Positions 61,462-64,000 of a DNA stretch of 64,000 nucleotides are shown piece by piece. This DNA comes from Actinomycetota bacterium. Lineage in GTDB: Bacteria > Actinomycetota > Actinomycetes > S36-B12 > UBA5976. The DNA is taken from assembly GCA_009885745.1 (NCBI GenBank), contig VFKC01000025.1:24415-88414 (forward strand), given 5' to 3'. Every line of letters starts with the position of its first letter. The first letter of the stretch is position 1. The position numbers and the translations under genes were made by a program. The notes under the pieces are model-generated. The model saw nothing but the letters and a program-made list of their open reading frames with translations, was not told the origin of the DNA and made no database searches.

Positions 61462-62507
61462 GCCAGAGCAGAATCGCACGCCTTCGCCAGGTGATGGATT
61501 CTGATACGCCGTTCCTCGTATCGAACTTAGTTAACATTCGTTACTTATCTGGGTTTACTGGATCGAATGCGCTCTTACTTATTTCAATGGAATCAGCTTT
61601 TCTGCTTACCGACTCCCGTTATGAAATCCAAAGCCGCCGAGAATGCCCCGAGATTGATGTAGTTATCAGTCGCGACTTATTTGGCTCGGCTATTGAATTG
61701 CTCCAGACTCCAGCCTTAGCGATTGAGGGATCTGCTCTTTCGGTAACGCATTGGCAGAGAATTGCAAAGCAGGTCCCAGACCTCCAGGTTGCTGAACCGT
61801 TGATCGAGGGACTGCGCATTGTTAAAGATTCCACAGAGATTGCAGTTGTTAGCAAAGCCTGCGACATTTCCACTGCGTCTCTGGAAATCCTTAAAACCGA
61901 AATCCATTTTGGAATGACTGAGCGCCAGATTGCTCGACGGCTAGAGTCGCTGATGCTTGACATGGGTGCGGATTCAATCGCATTTCAAACAATTGTTGCA
62001 AGTGGCCCCAACAGCGCGATTCCACACCATAAGCCAACTGATCGGCCGCTTCAAAAAGGCGACCTATTAAAGATAGATTTTGGCGCTTTGGTTGATGGCT
62101 ATCACGCAGACTGCACTAGAACTTTTACTGCCGGCAAAGCAGCAGATTGGCAAAAGGAACTCCATGAGTGCGTTCTTGCTAGTCAACACAATGGGATTAA
62201 AGCGCTCGCACCCGATGTTGATTTTGGAGTTGTTGTTAGAGCTGCCAACGCACCCCTTCAAGAAGCGGGGTTTATGGATAAATTCACCCACGGTTTAGGT
62301 CATGGGGTTGGGCTCGAGATACACGAGCAACCGTTTTTGTCGAGCCCTATCGGGGGTAAGATTGTGCAGAACATGGTTGTCACCATCGAACCGGGGGTTT
62401 ACCTGCCTGACTTAGGCGGTATTCGGATTGAAGACACAATCGTGATTACATCGTTTGCAAGTGAGGTTCTAACCAAATTCACTTACGAACTGACTTCAGT
62501 TGGCTAG
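61458..62507 (+). CDS. M24-family Xaa-Pro aminopeptidase/dipeptidase
   Basis: Creatinase-like N domain plus the pita-bread metal ligands 'DFGALVDGYHADCTRT', 'HGLGHGVGLEIHE', 'TIEPG', 'IRIEDT'. Confidence 0.88.
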   Translation: MSQSRIARLRQVMDSDTPFLVSNLVNIRYLSGFTGSNALLLISMESAFLLTDSRYEIQSRRECPEIDVVISRDLFGSAIELLQTPALAIEGSALSVTHWQRIAKQVPDLQVAEPLIEGLRIVKDSTEIAVVSKACDISTASLEILKTEIHFGMTERQIARRLESLMLDMGADSIAFQTIVASGPNSAIPHHKPTDRPLQKGDLLKIDFGALVDGYHADCTRTFTAGKAADWQKELHECVLASQHNGIKALAPDVDFGVVVRAANAPLQEAGFMDKFTHGLGHGVGLEIHEQPFLSSPIGGKIVQNMVVTIEPGVYLPDLGGIRIEDTIVITSFASEVLTKFTYELTSVG

Positions 62508-62525
62508 CAATACAAGGAGAAGAAC

Positions 62526-63086
62526 GTGGCAAGCACAAATGATCTAAAAAATGGATTGGTTCTAAATATCGAAAACCAACTGTGGGCTGTTATCGACTTT
62601 CAGCACGTAAAGCCTGGTAAAGGTCCTGCATTTGTGCGAACAAAGCTTAAGAATGTTCTGACTGGCAAAGTCGTCGATAAGACATTTAATGCTGGCGTTT
62701 CAGTTGAGACGGCAAATGTTGACAAGTGCAACATGCAATACCTTTACCGCGATGGCGAGAACTTCATTTTTATGGACTTGTCCAATTATGACCAGCACCC
62801 TGTGTCAAGCACAGTAGTTGGCGAAAATGCGCAATGGATGCTAGAAAATCAAGAAGCAACAGTTGCCATTCATAATGGGGTTGCCATCTACATCGAGCTT
62901 CCTGCCAGCGTTGAACTTATGATTACCTACACCGAGCCAGGACTACAAGGAGATCGTTCAAGTGCTGGGAATAAGCCAGCAACATTGGAAACTGGTGCCG
63001 AGATAAAGGTTCCGCTATTTCTAGAGAACAACACAAAGATTCGGGTTGACACAAGAGATGGCTCTTACCTAGGTCGAGTTAACTAA
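62526..63086 (+). CDS. efp: elongation factor P
   Basis: 'TNDLKNG', '[23 protein letters not shown]', '[16 protein letters not shown]'. GTG start after 'AAGGAGAAG'. Confidence 0.95.
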   Translation: MASTNDLKNGLVLNIENQLWAVIDFQHVKPGKGPAFVRTKLKNVLTGKVVDKTFNAGVSVETANVDKCNMQYLYRDGENFIFMDLSNYDQHPVSSTVVGENAQWMLENQEATVAIHNGVAIYIELPASVELMITYTEPGLQGDRSSAGNKPATLETGAEIKVPLFLENNTKIRVDTRDGSYLGRVN

Positions 63087-63485
63087 GTGCGCACACGTAC
63101 CAAAGCTCGACAACGCGCTGCCGAAGCGCTTTTTGAAGCAGAACAGCGCCAAGTTCCTGTTTCTGAGGTGTTCGGGCGTAATCCTGATGTAAACGAATAT
63201 GCTGTGACCCTTGCAACACATGTTGAATTACATATTGATCGTATAAACGAGGTGATAGCAACTTACGCCCAGCAGTGGTCACCCGAGCGCATGCCTGCTG
63301 TGGACCGTGCGATTATTCGAGTTGCTGTTGGTGAATTTATTCTGAGACCAGATCTGGACTCGGCCGTCATTATTTCCGAAGCGGTCGAGATTGCCTCATC
63401 ATTGAGCACAGAGGAGTCTGGCAAATTTATTAACGGCCTACTTGGGCAAATAGCGCAGATTCGTGAATCACTTGGTTCTAACTAA
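63087..63485 (+). CDS. nusB: transcription antitermination factor NusB
   Basis: 'RTKARQRAAEALFEAE', 'ERMPAVDRAIIRVAVGE', 'INEAVE-like ISEAVEIA', 'FINGLLG'. Confidence 0.9.
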   Translation: MRTRTKARQRAAEALFEAEQRQVPVSEVFGRNPDVNEYAVTLATHVELHIDRINEVIATYAQQWSPERMPAVDRAIIRVAVGEFILRPDLDSAVIISEAVEIASSLSTEESGKFINGLLGQIAQIRESLGSN

Positions 63486-63489
63486 CGGT

Positions 63490-63563
63490 GCCCTGAGTGG
63501 GATTCGAACCCACACTGAACGGTGTTTGAGACCGCGCTCTCTGCCGGTTGGAGTACCAGGGCG
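63490..63563 (-). tRNA. tRNA gene, 74 nt, hand-folded anticodon CAA (Leu codon UUG) but class-I architecture (5-nt variable loop); isotype uncertain
   Basis: Reverse complement GCCCTGGTACTCCAACCGGCAGAGAGCGCGGTCTCAAACACCGTTCAGTGTGGGTTCGAATCCCACTCAGGGCA. It has a 7-bp acceptor, a T arm GTGGG/TTCGAAT/CCCAC, G18G19, and an anticodon arm GCGGT/CTCAAAC/ACCGT. Confidence 0.75.
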
Positions 63564-63623
63564 AGAATTCTTAGACTCTAGGCTATCGCGTTGTGCGCGA
63601 AATCCAAACCGTAGGCTTAAGGC

Positions 63624-64000
63624 ATGAACGCATTACGCATTGTTGTCGCGGACGATGAAGCGATTATCCGAATGGACTTGGTGGAAACACTTCGCGGTGC
63701 AGGGTACGAAGTTGTCGGTCAAGCTGCTGATGGTCAGAGCGCGTTAGATCTAATTAATGAACTGCTTCCAGACGTTGCAATACTCGACGTCAAGATGCCC
63801 TTACTTGATGGCATTGAGGTCGCTCATGCGGTTCGGGGTACCACTCCTGTCGTCCTGCTAACAGCCTTTGGTCAAACGGACATTATTGCTCAAGCAAATG
63901 ACGCTGGGGTGATGGGTTATGTGATTAAGCCATTCACTGAATCAGAAGTTGTTGCAGCATTGCAAATTGCCCATCGACGTCATAGTGAGATCTTGGAGTT
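63624..64000 (+). CDS. response regulator receiver domain (PdtaR/ANTAR-type suspected); 3' end outside window
   Basis: My own translation from the ATG at 63624: MNALRIVVADDEAIIRMDLVETLRGAGYEVVGQAADGQSALDLINELLPDVAILDVKMPLLDGIEVAHAVRGTTPVVLLTAFGQTDIIAQANDAGVMGYVIKPFTESEVVAALQIAHRRHSEILE... There is no stop before the window end and it is not in the ORF track. The output domain is not visible. Confidence 0.85.
   Translation, partial: MNALRIVVADDEAIIRMDLVETLRGAGYEVVGQAADGQSALDLINELLPDVAILDVKMPLLDGIEVAHAVRGTTPVVLLTAFGQTDIIAQANDAGVMGYVIKPFTESEVVAALQIAHRRHSEILE

Noticed and set aside
1-64000. Scan for CRISPR arrays, IS elements/transposases, integrases, prophage, toxin-antitoxin or known defence-system genes
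   Set aside because: I found no spaced direct repeats, no terminal inverted repeats flanking ORFs, and no ORF with recombinase, transposase or defence-type motifs. Every ORF longer than 120 aa that is not antisense to a called gene is accounted for by a housekeeping or conserved actinobacterial family, except the two hypotheticals reported above.

Overview
This is a gene-dense chromosomal core segment from an Actinomycetota genome. GC looks moderate by eye (not computed) and the packing suggests a streamlined genome. Non-coding spacers are at most about 135 nt outside the tRNA loci, and many neighbouring genes share ATGA or TAATG start/stop overlaps. Gene order matches several conserved actinobacterial blocks:

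- parE ... sepH-parC
- suhB-like ... DUF4193-DUF3093-dut-DUF3710-OB fold-DUF3159-trkA-trkA-APC permease-TrmA-like methyltransferase
- acn, dxs, rnd-DUF3000
- a Gly-Cys-Val tRNA cluster
- pabB/pabC-like, then thrS-HIT-pgsA-patA-pimA (phosphatidylinositol mannoside pathway)
- pdxS-pdxT-yebC-ruvCAB-secDF-apt-relA
- ppiase, hisS-aspS-rarA-alaS-ruvX-mltG-aroE ... aroCKBQ-pepP-efp-nusB
- a partial response regulator at the right edge

I found four tRNA genes. I saw no rRNA, CRISPR array, transposase, integrase, prophage or recognisable defence island.

I do not see a clear novel multi-gene system here; this is mostly ordinary housekeeping sequence. Three items are most worth a second look:

1. A well-formed 74-nt tRNA after nusB. 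Its hand-folded anticodon is CAA (Leu), but it lacks the long variable arm of bacterial tRNA-Leu.
2. A 351-aa degenerate EF-G-like protein with no P-loop and no domains III-V. It is the only antisense gene in a roughly 19-kb co-directional block, between HIT and pgsA.
3. ruvX, whose conserved catalytic-Asp N-terminus lies upstream of any canonical start codon.

All calls come from reading the supplied translations and sequence by eye. No searches were run.
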